NCBI GenBank assembly: GCA_048938105.1
Contig: JBHLMN010000014.1
Span: forward strand, 64,001 to 128,000
Direction of reading: 5' to 3'
Source: Promethearchaeota archaeon
GTDB lineage: Archaea > Asgardarchaeota > Heimdallarchaeia > Hodarchaeales > Hodarchaeaceae
DNA: 64,000 bases
The translations under genes and the position numbers were made by a program. The first letter of the stretch is position 1, and every line of letters begins with the position of its first letter. The notes beneath the pieces are model-generated. The model saw only the letters and a program-made list of their open reading frames with translations. It was not told where the DNA came from and ran no database searches. Positions 40,382-52,200 of the stretch are shown in pieces.

Positions 40382-41236
40382 TTAAATCTCTGGATTAAAG
40401 TGTTGCCGTAACTTGGCAAGAAAAGAGCGTGATCGGTAAAATTTTACCGTCTTTTCTGAAGGACGAATAGCGATCTCAATGGGTGGATCATATTCAAGAC
40501 TAATTTGACCATCAATTACTATTTTAATGGGATTAATTCGAGTTACACACCGTATTTTAATATCTCGAAAAGAACCCAAGATGATGGGTCGAATTGCGAG
40601 ATTAATAGGATTAATCCAGGAAATTTCAAAATTATCAAGGAGGGGATCAACTACACACCCCCCACTGGAAAGACAATGTCCAGTAGAACCTATTGCTGTG
40701 GCAATAATCACTCCATCTGCTAGCGAACTTGAAATCACTATACCATCGACAAAAACACGAAAGTCAATAGGCTTCAATAAATCAACAGAAGTAATAACAA
40801 TCTCGTTGATTGCTGAACCTAGGTTATGGTCACCAATCTGGGCTTCAATGCGTTTATGCTCTTCTAAGTTGAATTTTCCAGATAAAAATTGTTCAAAACT
40901 TGAAGTAACATCTTTTGGTTCGATTTCTGCCATGAATCCCTTTCTACCCTTGTTGATAGATAAAATAGGAATATCAGGTATTGTTCGAGCAATTCTTAGA
41001 ATTGTTCCATCTCCCCCAATAGAAACGATGCAATCTACTGCCATCTGTTCTAAAGATTCTTGTTGAAATACATGAGAGATTTCTGGGTTCGTTTCTTTCA
41101 AAAAATCATATAATTCAGGATTCAGGAAAAAGGAAATGGAAGAAGATCCTTTAACTGAGAGAATATCGTTAATTATGGCTACAGTTTCTTGAAAGAGTAC
41201 CTGGGAGACAATACCAATTCGTGATATTCTCACCAA
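40382..41236 (-). CDS. nadK: NAD kinase
   Basis: GGDGT, INE and DGVIIATAIGSTG motifs. Confidence 0.92.
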   Translation of the reverse strand: MVRISRIGIVSQVLFQETVAIINDILSVKGSSSISFFLNPELYDFLKETNPEISHVFQQESLEQMAVDCIVSIGGDGTILRIARTIPDIPILSINKGRKGFMAEIEPKDVTSSFEQFLSGKFNLEEHKRIEAQIGDHNLGSAINEIVITSVDLLKPIDFRVFVDGIVISSSLADGVIIATAIGSTGHCLSSGGCVVDPLLDNFEISWINPINLAIRPIILGSFRDIKIRCVTRINPIKIVIDGQISLEYDPPIEIAIRPSEKTVKFYRSRSFLAKLRQHFNPEI

Positions 41237-41262
41237 AGGAATTACAACCCATTAAATGTTAG

Positions 41263-41700
41263 CTAAAGAGACATTTCCCGTACTTGCATGATTTTCCTCC
41301 TATCCATAACAATCCAGTATTCAATCTCAATAGTTTTCCCATCTGAGAATAAGCTATTGAGTTTTGCGTTCAATTCTTCATCGGAAGGAGGATCTGCAAC
41401 AAAAGTATCATATGTCTCAGTGTCCATAACATGTACGAAGCCAGTATTTATTTCAACATTTGTAATTTGGCCAACACGTTTTTCTATAGTTGGGACATTC
41501 ACTCTTTTGTCGACTGGCGAAATGAATTGTCTTTTCTGGTTGTCAAATAGGCCTATCATCATCATTCTCGCTTTTGCGGCGCCATGTTTTCCGGGTTTGC
41601 TTTTATCTATAGAAATAACTTTACAGGGTTCATTGGAATCGGGGTCGATAATATAACGACCTACTTTTATACTACCGACTTTCTTAGGTTCGTATGACAT
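41263..41700 (-). CDS. eif5a: Translation factor aIF5A
   Basis: SKPGKHGAAK hypusine motif. Confidence 0.96.
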   Translation of the reverse strand: MSYEPKKVGSIKVGRYIIDPDSNEPCKVISIDKSKPGKHGAAKARMMMIGLFDNQKRQFISPVDKRVNVPTIEKRVGQITNVEINTGFVHVMDTETYDTFVADPPSDEELNAKLNSLFSDGKTIEIEYWIVMDRRKIMQVREMSL

Positions 41701-41949
41701 TGTTAAAGCACCGTTTTTGCTTTTATTTACATGACCACAGTGTTAGGAGGTAGAATAACACACTAAATAAATATGTATCTTGAATTTTTAAATAAATATT
41801 TATCTTATCTTGACAAAATAACTTCTTCTCTCCAAGTATGTAAATGGTAAGAGCTTTTGTTACTCTACTAGAACGTTATATATTACATCTAATTTCGGTA
41901 GAAATGAAAGCGAAAAAGGAATAGAGTTACTTTTTTTGGTGGAAAAACA

Positions 41950-42672
41950 TTGTTTGCGCCGAAGGGTTTAGGTTACGATAGGGGGAGCACAATTTTCAGT
42001 CCTGATGGCAGATTATTTCAAGTCGAGTACGCCATTGAAGCTGTAAAGCGCGGAACAACTGCTATTGGGATTAAAACTTCTGAGGGTTGTTGTTTGGCTG
42101 TTCAAAAACGGTTGCATACATCTCTCGTGGAGAAAGAAATGGTAAAGAAAATCTTTGAGATTGACAATCATATCGCTGCTGCTATTGCAGGACTGACAGC
42201 TGACGCCCATGTACTTGTGAATCAAGCGCGTATTCAAGCACAGATTCATAGAATAACTTACAATGAAGCAATAACTGTAGAAGCTCTAACTCGACGATTA
42301 GCAAATCTTAAACAGATGTATACTCAGCATGCTGGGGTACGGCCATTTGGGGTTTCGCTGTTAATAGCTGGGTGTGATGAGATGTTAGGACCTCAATTGT
42401 ATATGACTGAACCTAGCGGTAGTTATTGGGGGTACCGAGCAACTGCGATTGGTTCGAGTGCGCCAGCAATCATTGAATTTCTAGAGGGTGAATACCAAGA
42501 AATAGCTCCAACTATGGAAGAAGGGAATTTACTTGCTTTAAAAGCCCTCAATCAAGTATCTGAAGAGCCTATTGATGAGGAAATGATTGAAATTGCAGTA
42601 ATCTCTAAAGAAAACCGAACTATAGAATATTTGGAAAAATCAAGTATTGCCGCACTTACCAGTCGATTATAG
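41950..42672 (+). CDS. psmA: Proteasome alpha subunit
   Basis: YDRGSTIFSPDGRLFQVEYA and RPFGVS motifs. Confidence 0.97.
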   Translation: MFAPKGLGYDRGSTIFSPDGRLFQVEYAIEAVKRGTTAIGIKTSEGCCLAVQKRLHTSLVEKEMVKKIFEIDNHIAAAIAGLTADAHVLVNQARIQAQIHRITYNEAITVEALTRRLANLKQMYTQHAGVRPFGVSLLIAGCDEMLGPQLYMTEPSGSYWGYRATAIGSSAPAIIEFLEGEYQEIAPTMEEGNLLALKALNQVSEEPIDEEMIEIAVISKENRTIEYLEKSSIAALTSRL

Positions 42673-42683
42673 GAGATGTATAA

Positions 42684-43418
42684 ATGTTACGAGATGCCCG
42701 TAGGGTTGATTTAACTGGTAAGTCAGTTGTTCGTGCCAAATTTCAAGGAAACAGATTTGAAATCATCGTAAATCCTGAATTGGCTCTTAAATATAAGATG
42801 GGATTACTGGATGATACAACTACTATCAGTGACATCCTTGAGATGGATGAAATTTTTCAAAATGCCAGTAAAGGAGAAAAAGCCCCTGACGAGATTCTCA
42901 TACATTGCTTCGAGACTACTGACATCCTTAAAATTGCAGAAAAAGTCCTCCTTAAAGGAGAGCTTAATTTAACGTCAGAACAACGCCAAGAGTTCTTTGA
43001 AAAGAAACGTAGACAAATTGTCACACTATTAGCGAAAACTTGCATTAATCCTAAGACACGGACACCTCATCCTCCTTTACGTATTGAGAATGCCATAAAA
43101 GAAGCAAAGGTGATAATTGATCCATCCTTACCTGCAGAAAGTCAATTAAAGGATATTATCAAAGAACTGCGGCGAGTTCTACCCATCAGTATGGAAACAG
43201 TCAAACTTGCAGTTAAAATACCACCTGAATTCACAGGGAAAGCGTATGGTGAAATAAAGCGTAATGCTCAAATTGAGAAAGACGAATGGCAGAATGATGG
43301 GCATTGGATTGCAGTAGTGACTGTAGCATCTGGAATACAGGGGGAATTCATGGAAAGAGTACAAAGTATGACAAAAGGTCGTGCTGAAATAAAAATTATG
43401 GAAAGAATTCGATTATAA
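42684..43418 (+). CDS. SBDS/Sdo1 ribosome maturation factor
   Basis: RFEIIV, IFQNASKG and NPKTRTPHPPLRIE motifs; conserved position in the operon. Confidence 0.95.
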   Translation: MLRDARRVDLTGKSVVRAKFQGNRFEIIVNPELALKYKMGLLDDTTTISDILEMDEIFQNASKGEKAPDEILIHCFETTDILKIAEKVLLKGELNLTSEQRQEFFEKKRRQIVTLLAKTCINPKTRTPHPPLRIENAIKEAKVIIDPSLPAESQLKDIIKELRRVLPISMETVKLAVKIPPEFTGKAYGEIKRNAQIEKDEWQNDGHWIAVVTVASGIQGEFMERVQSMTKGRAEIKIMERIRL

Positions 43419-43466
43419 CAATTAATATTCTGTAATGATACTTTGTTTATAGATTTTTTATAAAGA

Positions 43467-44207
43467 GTGAATAAAATGACGATTTTAGTTACAAAAAATC
43501 AGCTCGTTATTCCTGGTGAAATCTTGGCCCGAGGATCTGGGATAAAGGCTGGTGGAGGAGTTTTTCGTAAAAAGGTGAACAACGAAACCGAAATCTACGC
43601 GTCTATGATTGGACTAGCTCAGATAAGAAAAAATAGAGTTGGAGTAGTTCCATTAGAAGGATGTTATATCCCATTGGAAGGAGATATTGTTATTGGTAAA
43701 ATTACTAGGGTTGGAATCACTTCTTGGAACGTAGATATTCGAGGGCCTTATGTTGGGACACTTAGAGTTGGTAATGTCATCGAAAGAGATTTCGATGCCC
43801 TTCATGAGAATCTTGATCGCATTCTACAGGTTGGAGACATTATAAAAGCTCAGATTACTTATTTTGATAGAATGCGTGACCCTGTTCTCACCTTACAAGG
43901 GCGTGGTCTACGTAAAATCAATAACGGTAGATTGATTGAAGTGGATCCCGTAAAAATCCCCAGAATTATTGGAAAAAAAGGGAGTATGATTCAACTATTG
44001 AAAAATATGACCAATTCTCAAATTGTCGTTGGTCAAAATGGTAGAATAATCATTGCAGCTAATAATCTCAAGACTGAAAACTTAGTAGAGCGCGCAATAC
44101 GAAAAATCGAAGCTGAGGCTCACACTAGTGGGCTAACAGACAGAGTTCGGGAATTTTTGGAAAAAGAAAAGAGTATATTATCTGGAAGAAGTGATGAAGA
44201 TGAATGA
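43467..44207 (+). CDS. rrp4: Exosome RNA-binding subunit Rrp4
   Basis: VIPGE, YIPLEGD and IPRIIGKKGSM (KH) motifs. Confidence 0.95.
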   Translation: MNKMTILVTKNQLVIPGEILARGSGIKAGGGVFRKKVNNETEIYASMIGLAQIRKNRVGVVPLEGCYIPLEGDIVIGKITRVGITSWNVDIRGPYVGTLRVGNVIERDFDALHENLDRILQVGDIIKAQITYFDRMRDPVLTLQGRGLRKINNGRLIEVDPVKIPRIIGKKGSMIQLLKNMTNSQIVVGQNGRIIIAANNLKTENLVERAIRKIEAEAHTSGLTDRVREFLEKEKSILSGRSDEDE

Positions 44208-44955
44208 AGAAAAAACCTCTCTTATACGTGAAGATGGACTCCGATTGGATGGCCGTGGACTCCATGAATTAAGGCCTATAAGTATGGAGACTGGGGTTCT
44301 AGATAGAGCTGATGGAAGTTGTTATCTTACCTGGGGTAATAATAAAATTATCTGTGCCGTTTACGGACCGAGAGAATTGCATCCTAAACATCTTGCTCAA
44401 CCAGACAAGGCAATAGTACGAGTTGAATATCGGTTAGCTACTTTCTCTGTTGGTGAACGTAAAAGCCCTGCTCCTCGCCGAAGAGAGTATGAACTAAGTA
44501 AAATTATATCTGAATCGATTGATAATGTTTTATTTTTAGAAAAGTTTCCTAATGGGACAATAGACCTTTTTATCACCGTTTTAGATGCAGATGGAGGAAC
44601 TCGATGCGCTGCATTGACAGCTGCTTCATTAGGACTGGCAGATGCTGGCATTCCAATGAGGGGTATAATTACTGGTTGTGCTGTCGGGAAAATTGATGGA
44701 AAAATTGTGGTTGATCTCGCTGATATTGAAGATAAGGAAGGTGAGGGGGATATGCCAGTTGCAATGTTATTCAACACTGGGGAACTGACACTTCTCCAGT
44801 GTGACGGGACTTTCACTCCCGAAGAGATTGAAGAAGGACTTAAGCTGTCAAAAACAGCCATTGGTGAAATTTATCAGATGCAACGAAAGGCTTTGATAGC
44901 TAAGTATTCTCAAATCGAAGAACATTTGGATGTATTAGAAGAGGAAGAAGAATAG
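44191..44955 (+). CDS. rrp41: Exosome catalytic subunit Rrp41
   Basis: RLDGR, ADGS, YGPRE and ADGGTR motifs. Confidence 0.96.
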   Translation: MMKMNEEKTSLIREDGLRLDGRGLHELRPISMETGVLDRADGSCYLTWGNNKIICAVYGPRELHPKHLAQPDKAIVRVEYRLATFSVGERKSPAPRRREYELSKIISESIDNVLFLEKFPNGTIDLFITVLDADGGTRCAALTAASLGLADAGIPMRGIITGCAVGKIDGKIVVDLADIEDKEGEGDMPVAMLFNTGELTLLQCDGTFTPEEIEEGLKLSKTAIGEIYQMQRKALIAKYSQIEEHLDVLEEEEE

Positions 44956-44966
44956 GAGAGATACAT

Positions 44967-45821
44967 ATGCGGTCAGAAGATATAATTGGTAGCTTAGAAA
45001 GAAAATATTTAACAGACTTGCTTACGAAGGGCGAACGAATGGATAATAGAGGTTTTTGGGAAGGTCGTCCAATTCAAATCATACCTAATGTTATTAAAAA
45101 GGCTGAAGGGTCAGCCATGGTTAAATGGGGAGATACAGTAGTCTTAGCTGGAGTAAAAGCCCAGTTAGGTTCTCCTTTTCCTGACACACCAAATAATGGT
45201 GTTATTACGGTTAACCTTGAATTATCTCCTATTTCATCACCATCTTTTGAAAGTGGTCCACCAGGCCCAGAAGCTATCGAAATGGCTCGAATTGTAGATC
45301 GTGGGATTCGTGAAAGCAAGGTAATTCCAATGGATGATCCAAAATTATGTGTTATTCCTGGTAAGACAGTGTGGATTCTTTTTGTTGATATATACATACT
45401 CGATGATGGAGGTAATTTGATAGATGCCTCAGCTCTCGCTGCAATGGCGGCACTCGCTAATACGCGGATAAACAAAGTTTCAATTGATGAGGAGACCGAG
45501 GAAGTCACTTTATTGGAAGAAACAGAACCATTACCCAAAAAAGGCTGTGTAGCAAGTTTAACCTATGCAAAAATTAATGATATTATCATATATGACCCAA
45601 ACTTAATTGAGGATCGAGGTAAAACAGCACGATTTTCTATAGCTATCACAGATGAAAATTTAATATGTTCAATGCAAAAAGGAGAATCAGGAGTATTCCT
45701 AGAAGAAGAAATTTTAACTATTATAGAGAATGCATCGAGTCGAGTTAAAGAGCTAATCACACTTATTGAAGAAAATTCTCAAGTGACAGAGCTACAGGAA
45801 ATGTTTAAGTTCGATTTTTGA
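44967..45821 (+). CDS. rrp42: Exosome subunit Rrp42
   Basis: AEGSA, PFPDTP, ARIVDRGIRES and DDGGNLIDA motifs. Confidence 0.96.
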   Translation: MRSEDIIGSLERKYLTDLLTKGERMDNRGFWEGRPIQIIPNVIKKAEGSAMVKWGDTVVLAGVKAQLGSPFPDTPNNGVITVNLELSPISSPSFESGPPGPEAIEMARIVDRGIRESKVIPMDDPKLCVIPGKTVWILFVDIYILDDGGNLIDASALAAMAALANTRINKVSIDEETEEVTLLEETEPLPKKGCVASLTYAKINDIIIYDPNLIEDRGKTARFSIAITDENLICSMQKGESGVFLEEEILTIIENASSRVKELITLIEENSQVTELQEMFKFDF

Positions 45822-45874
45822 TTTAAAAATCAAAAAATAAAAAACCCACAATTAAAGACGGAAGTGTGATATTA

Positions 45875-46150
45875 ATGGGACGAACTAAGAAAGTAGGATC
45901 AACTGGTAGATTTGGTACTCGGTATGGTGCCAGTGTACGAAAAAGGATTCGAAAAATTGAAAGTACTTTAAAAATCAAACATACATGTCCTTCCTGTAAC
46001 ACAGTAAAAGTACGTCGAGTTTCAATTGGGATTTGGGAATGCTCATTCTGTGGTTTCCGCTTCACTGGTGGTTCATGGACTCCCGAGACTCCTGGAGGAA
46101 AAATCGCCAATCGAACTGCAAAACGCCTAGCAGGTCAATCAGAAGTATAA
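45875..46150 (+). CDS. rpl37ae: Ribosomal protein eL43 (L37Ae)
   Basis: GRFGTRYG and CPSC...GIWEC motifs. Confidence 0.96.
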   Translation: MGRTKKVGSTGRFGTRYGASVRKRIRKIESTLKIKHTCPSCNTVKVRRVSIGIWECSFCGFRFTGGSWTPETPGGKIANRTAKRLAGQSEV

Positions 46151-46223
46151 TTTGCTTCTCAGCTATTTTCTAAATCTAAAGCATAACTTGAAAAAAAATG
46201 GACAATGAGAGGTCAGGGAAAAC

Positions 46224-46775
46224 ATGTTAATAACTACCTCTCGGGATCCCACCCAATATTTACGTCGTGTAAGTAAAATCATTACTCTCTCGTTTCCCAA
46301 TTCCCAAAGGATGAACCGTGGTTCATTAAGTCTGAATAAACTCTTCACTTATTGTTGGAATAAACAGATTTCTAGGCTTCTCATCCTTCAAGGGACTACA
46401 GAGGAGGGTCTAGTCTCAGTTAAGGCTTATAAAATAGGAAAAATACCCCAATTAGTAGAAGCTACAGTTGAATTGAGTAAGATTATATCTTTACAAAAAC
46501 ACAGGAAGAAACAACGTATCAATATTGAGAAAGTTTGCTTCGACTTTTCCGAGGAGGTAGATAAAATGATCAAAGAAAGAATTACAGACTTTTTTCAACA
46601 TGTGTTTAAGGATTCAAAACATATAAGTACAAAGAACTTGCTAACAATTAGTTTTAGAAAAGAAACTAAAAATTCTCTCATTGGGCAAGCTGTTCTACAA
46701 AACTTATTACAATCACTCCTTCTTTATAAGATTCAAATCACTTCAGAATGCGTTAACAATGAGTACCAAACTTGA
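46224..46775 (+). CDS. Brix-domain (Imp4-like) ribosome biogenesis protein
   Basis: MLITTSRDPT...NRGSLSL; position after eL43. Confidence 0.8.
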   Translation: MLITTSRDPTQYLRRVSKIITLSFPNSQRMNRGSLSLNKLFTYCWNKQISRLLILQGTTEEGLVSVKAYKIGKIPQLVEATVELSKIISLQKHRKKQRINIEKVCFDFSEEVDKMIKERITDFFQHVFKDSKHISTKNLLTISFRKETKNSLIGQAVLQNLLQSLLLYKIQITSECVNNEYQT

Positions 46776-47025
46776 AATTCATTTTTCTATTCAATACGAT
46801 TGTGAGGATCAAGCTCAAATTATCTTTACATCTTTGTCACCAGAGATTCAAGAACAACGTTTTGAACGTTCTAAGGCATCAATCAAATTGAAAGGTCAAA
46901 AAATCGTCATTAATATCACTGCTCAAGATATTAATGCAGCAAAGGCAACCATTAGTTCAGTTTTGCGCTGGATCTCTACAACATCTAAAGCAGTTATGAC
47001 TTTGTCAAAACAAACTTTTAATTAA
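46759..47025 (+). CDS. pcc1: KEOPS subunit Pcc1
   Basis: SLSPE...RS...ITAQDINAAKATISSVLRWI; ATG at 46759. Confidence 0.8.
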   Translation: MSTKLEIHFSIQYDCEDQAQIIFTSLSPEIQEQRFERSKASIKLKGQKIVINITAQDINAAKATISSVLRWISTTSKAVMTLSKQTFN

Positions 47026-47078
47026 TAAGCAGACTTCAACGATTAAACCTGAATTATCTAACAAATGACTTATAAGTT

Positions 47079-47453
47079 GTGATAACAAAAATGGCCTTTC
47101 GTGAACTCTCCCCAGCTAAACAAGAACAACTCCTGAGATTTCGACAGCTGGAACAAACTGTTCAGAACCTACGAATTCAACAAGCCGAAATTTCACGAAC
47201 TCTCTCTGAAATCGAGATGACTAAAAAGGAGCTACAAAAGTTAGATTCAGAAAGTGAAGTTTGGAAAACTGTAGGATCAGTGATGTTCCCTAAAAAGGTT
47301 AGTGATGTCCTTAAAGAATTAACAGAGCGAGCAGAGTTACTAGAGCTTAAACAAAAGAGTTTTTCTTCACAAGAAGCACAGAATATGAAACGTTTAGAGG
47401 AATTACAAGCTCGCTTAAGCGAAGAATTGGGTAATCTACAATCATCGAATTGA
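47079..47453 (+). CDS. pfdB: Prefoldin beta subunit
   Basis: Coiled coils flanking VWKTVGSVMF; conserved position in the operon. Confidence 0.9.
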   Translation: MITKMAFRELSPAKQEQLLRFRQLEQTVQNLRIQQAEISRTLSEIEMTKKELQKLDSESEVWKTVGSVMFPKKVSDVLKELTERAELLELKQKSFSSQEAQNMKRLEELQARLSEELGNLQSSN

Positions 47454-47486
47454 ATGACTGAATTCAGGAATAGTAATGTGGAATAA

Positions 47487-47759
47487 TTGGTAGTCAAAGA
47501 CCTAGATGAGGTACTTGATCAATTATACATCAAAATTCGACAATTTATTATTACAGAAGTTGGTGAGGATTTAGATCAAGACCTGATTGATATTAATCTT
47601 GAAACAACAGAGAATGGAGAATTGATTGTAAGCATTGATCTATATTTGGAATTGTCCCCATTTTCTAGCTATGATGTACAAAGAATTGCAGAAGAAGCTA
47701 TCAAATACGGTATTAAAGAAGCTGATCAAATTCTTCCTTCATACAAAATTAGTATATAA
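47487..47759 (+). CDS. Small acidic protein (DUF3194-like)
   Basis: Acidic 90-aa ORF in the slot after pfdB where DUF3194 usually lies. Confidence 0.6.
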   Translation: MVVKDLDEVLDQLYIKIRQFIITEVGEDLDQDLIDINLETTENGELIVSIDLYLELSPFSSYDVQRIAEEAIKYGIKEADQILPSYKISI

Positions 47760-47778
47760 TATTCTTTGATGTCTCAAT

Positions 47779-48783
47779 ATGTCACAAATAAACTGTTGTA
47801 AAAACATTCCTTTCACACGGGATCTACAATCTAAAAAAACATATTGTAAAAAGCATTTCACAGACTTAATTGAGGATCGAGTAAGAAAGACCATTAATCA
47901 ATATAATATGTTGAATAGAGATGATCACATTGGTTTGGGGTATTCGGGGGGGAAAGACAGCACAGTTCTCCTTAATATACTCTTTAAGTTTAAAAAACGA
48001 TTTTCTCAGTGTAATTTGACCGCATTGACTATTGATGAAGGCATTAAAGGATATCGAGATGAATGTTTAGAACTTACTCGGAAAATTACTGAGAAATATC
48101 ATATTCCTCATGTTATAATATCCTTCAAGGATATTTATGGTGTAACACTAGATCAAATAGTGGAAAAAAGCCTTTCTAAGAAACATGCATTATCTGCTTG
48201 TTCAATTTGTGGTATCCTACGTCGTAGGGCTTTAAATTATGCAGCTCGACGGATTAATGCCACAAAAATTGCCACTGCACATAATTTAGATGACGAAGCA
48301 CAATCAATTCTGCTGAACCTGTTACGAGGAGATTCAAATAAATTCATTCGTTTTTCTCGTTTTCCTATTCAAAAGTTTCAGACCTTAATCCCTCGTATAC
48401 GACCGTTTGTACGAATATCTGAACCAGAAATCGTCCTCTATGCATATGCAAAAGATTTGGAGTATCATTCATACCCTTGTCCTTATGCTTTTTCTGCTAT
48501 GCGAAACAACATCAGGACATTTCTTTCCGAAATGGAGGAAAAACGCCCTAGTACTTTACGAAATATAGTGAATCTTCATGATTCCGTCTCTCAATATTTC
48601 CCTCAAGTACATAAGCTTGAAGCCCCATTTTTATGTCAGAACTGTGGTGAAGTTTCCACACATGAAATTTGTCCGATATGTAAGCTCTTAGATGATCTTG
48701 GGTTTGAAAATAGACTGAAATCTGAGGAATCTCTCAATCCTCACCCACAGTCAGATATTTTTGATCACTCTCGATCCTTTTAA
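47779..48783 (+). CDS. tRNA 2-thiolation protein (NcsA/TtuA/Ctu1 family)
   Basis: SGGKDS, CSICGILRR, TAHNLDD, CPY and C-terminal CxxC motifs. Confidence 0.9.
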   Translation: MSQINCCKNIPFTRDLQSKKTYCKKHFTDLIEDRVRKTINQYNMLNRDDHIGLGYSGGKDSTVLLNILFKFKKRFSQCNLTALTIDEGIKGYRDECLELTRKITEKYHIPHVIISFKDIYGVTLDQIVEKSLSKKHALSACSICGILRRRALNYAARRINATKIATAHNLDDEAQSILLNLLRGDSNKFIRFSRFPIQKFQTLIPRIRPFVRISEPEIVLYAYAKDLEYHSYPCPYAFSAMRNNIRTFLSEMEEKRPSTLRNIVNLHDSVSQYFPQVHKLEAPFLCQNCGEVSTHEICPICKLLDDLGFENRLKSEESLNPHPQSDIFDHSRSF

Positions 48784-49015
48784 TCATCCGTTGATTCTTT
48801 TTAATAGATTGAATGTGGATTAAACCTTTTATTTCTAATTTCATTAAAGCTCGGTTCAATTCTCGTTCAGAGAATTCTCCAACATCGTTTTTAAGCAAAC
48901 GAATCAAATCATCTTCTAATAGTACGCCTTCACGTCGTTCTACAATATTCATGATTGAAAATGTCAATGGGAATGGTCTCCAATAAGGATCTTTATTTAC
49001 CACGATCTTTGTCAC
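48734..49015 (-). CDS. Small winged-helix protein downstream of cdc48
   Basis: FSERELNRALMKLEIKGLIHI wHTH pattern. Confidence 0.75.
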   Translation of the reverse strand: MTKIVVNKDPYWRPFPLTFSIMNIVERREGVLLEDDLIRLLKNDVGEFSERELNRALMKLEIKGLIHIQSIKKNQRMIKRIESDQKYLTVGED

Positions 49016-49265
49016 CTTTTATTTTTTGTCAGAGATAACAATATTGAAATAGGAGCGATATTAGGGGTATATCCATTTGGTAGAGAATTGATTCGATTGA
49101 GGTGAACACCTTGATGAGAAAAATATAATTGAGTTCAAGATTATTCATCTAATGAATTTTTTGGTAGATTCAATTATTCTCTCTTGAAAATATACTTAAG
49201 ATCATCTTCTAAGCAATAGTAATTGGAAGTCCTCGTAACTAGTCATAAAAGCATTAACGAGCATA

Positions 49266-52200
49266 TTATCCAAATAGGGGAACAGTTGGTTGAGAACCAA
49301 GAGCTATTCTTCGTCTGAATTGAGATTCTTGATTTTCATACCATTTCATCATTTCTGGAGTGCAGGAGGAATGAACTCTCGACAGAGAGGACTCAAAATG
49401 CCGCCATTCAACAATATTGGTATCTAAACCTTCACGAAGAGCTATCATACCAGCTTCGCGGCATATAGCTTCAAGATCAGCTCCTACATAATATTCTGTT
49501 TCCTTTGCCAGCCGATCTAGATTTACATCTTCAGCTAGTGGCATATTCTTTGTATGGATGTCTAATATTAACTTGCGACTTTCTTCATCAGGAGGAGGGA
49601 TGTAAACAACACGATCAAATCTTCCAGGTCTGAGAAGAGCGGGGTCAATCATATCTGGACGATTTGTAGCTGCTAGCACCACAACATCTCTTAAAGGTTC
49701 TATTCCAGCTAATTCAGTTAGAAGTTGGCTGATGACTCGTTCATTTACCCCAGAAGAGTCACCAGTTCCTCTTCGGGTAGCAACAGCGTCAATTTCATCG
49801 AAAAATACAAGGGCTGGCGAGGCAGTTCGTGCTTTACGAAAAACTTCTCGAACTGCTTTTTCACTTTCCCCAACCCATTTTGATAAGAGTTCGGGACCTT
49901 TTACACTGATAAAGTTCACTTGGCTTTCTGTTGCTAAGGCTTTAGCTAAAAGAGTTTTTCCAGTTCCAGGTGCTCCAAATAAAAGAACAGCTCGAGGAGG
50001 ATTTATCCCTAATCGTTGGAAACTACTTTTTTGCCTTAGGGGCCATTCGACAATTTCAATGAGTTCCTGTTTGATGGAGTCCATCCCACCAATATTCTCC
50101 CATTTCACGTTAGGAACCTCAATAAATACCTCTCTAATTGCAGAAGGATGGATCTCCTTTAGAGCATCCTCAAAATGGCGATCCTCCACCTTTAGATTAT
50201 CAAGAACAGTCGGTGGGATGGTATCCTCGCTTAGATTGATCTCAGGTAAGATTTCTCGCAGCTTTTTCATTGCAGCTTCACGTCCTAATGCTGCAAGATC
50301 CGCACCAACAAACCCATGTGTTATAACTGCAAGTTTTTCTGTATCCACATCTTCTATTCCTGGCATCCTTCTCGTGTGAATCTGAAGGATTTCTAAGCGT
50401 TCATTTTTGTCGGGAACCCCAATTTCAATTTCACGATCAAAACGTCCAGGTCGACGTAAAGCAGGATCGACTGCATTGGGCCGATTGGTCGCTCCAATAA
50501 CAATTGTTTCTCCACGGCTTTCCAATCCATCCATCAGGGCTAAAATTTGTGCAACAACACGTCGTTCGACTTCACCAGTGACTTCCTCTCGTTTAGGAGC
50601 AATAGCGTCGATTTCATCAATAAATACTATACTTGGCGCGTTATCTTCAGCTTCTTTGAATATCTCGCGTAGTCTGGCTTCGCTATTATGCACTAATAAT
50701 CCGTTTGCAATAAAATTATGGTGTTTTGGTACTTCAAAATCATATACATGCGCTTGACTTCGTTCAATTCGTCGAATTGGTGTCCATATTACTTTCAAAT
50801 CTAGTAAGTAGTTGATTTTGTCAAGTAAGATACTATCTAAGCCTTTTTCTTTGAATATAATATATGCTTTACGCAGTTGTTCAATAGTTAACCCTTTAAC
50901 AGCAGGATTAATCCCATTTCGTAATAATTCTCTATGTCCAATATTCGCTTTTTTAGCATTCTTGTATATCCACTTAGCTATAGGGATTCTATCATAAGTA
51001 GGACGAGAATATTCTCTTTCGATTTTACTCATCATTTTTTCTCGTTTCCTCTGATGGATAAATGAAATATACTTCTTAAAATTCTCTATTGATGAATTAT
51101 TTGATATAAACAATCTCCAAGTTCCATCTCTCTTTCTGTGAGAAATAGTCGAGAGAATATCAAACCTAAGAAGACAGAGCTTGATACCTTGGATTAGCTT
51201 TCTGCTTTTTGAAGTATATGTGATTTGAATACTCCTTTTTTCAGGATTCTTCTCCGAAATAAATTGTACTCCACCATCAGAATCAAATAATCCCCGCAAA
51301 TAGGACTTTAATAATTTTATAGGTGTATTTATTACGTAATGAGGAACAGTTACGGTTTCTGACTTTTTAGAAACAGGCAATCCTAAGTTATGTAGGAGAT
51401 CACCAATAGGTCGTGAATTAAAGTAATACGAATAATCAGCTTTAGAATATTCGTGAGGAGTAATATTGAAAGTATTTTTTATCGCTTTAATATACTGATT
51501 TTTAACAGCTTCATCTTTTGATGTTAAAATTATTTGAGTAACAGTTCCGTATGAATGTGAATATCTAAGATGACCGTCTCCAGTAAGTAAGCCAAGTATA
51601 TACATAAAATCTTCAGTCATATAAAGAGGGACTTTTCTATTATGTTCCAAATATAAATCGTATTGATCATCAACGGGATATAATGAAAAAAGCTTTTTTA
51701 CATATAAAGCAGGAATTTTCCCTTTAGAATACTTTAGGGTTTCAAATTTCCTCTTATTAATCCCTAATTCTTTTGCATACTCTCCACTTTTTCCGTATTC
51801 TGACATATTTGAAAATAGATTTTTAACAAGTTCGCCACAAATGAGAGTATTGTCCTTCAGACTATTGAGAACTAGTGGTGTTTTCGTATCTATAATCCTT
51901 AACGTTCTAGGACTAGCAATTTGATCTCCAACCTTTAATTCATCTGCGTAGATCCAATTTAATTCTCCATCATACAGAGTCAGAAACCTTGAAGAAGGTG
52001 TAACCTCAAGTTGTCCATGTGGAGTTGTTATCTTTAATGTGATTTGGGTTCCTTTGTCAAATAATTCTTTCACAGGTAGAAGGTTTATCTCTCCGGTATC
52101 AAAATTCAATCCTGCAATCGAATGGACTTTCCCATTTTGGATTGTCTTTCCAATGGATTTCAATCCGTTTCCATTTGTAAAAACCAAAGAATCTTTAGCG

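Noticed and set aside
49732-50757. Long antisense ORFs over cdc48, and similar shadows over cofE, argF, dnaG, ftsZ, nadK, rrp41/42 and the pilin
   Set aside because: Opposite-strand shadows of well-supported genes, with no motifs.
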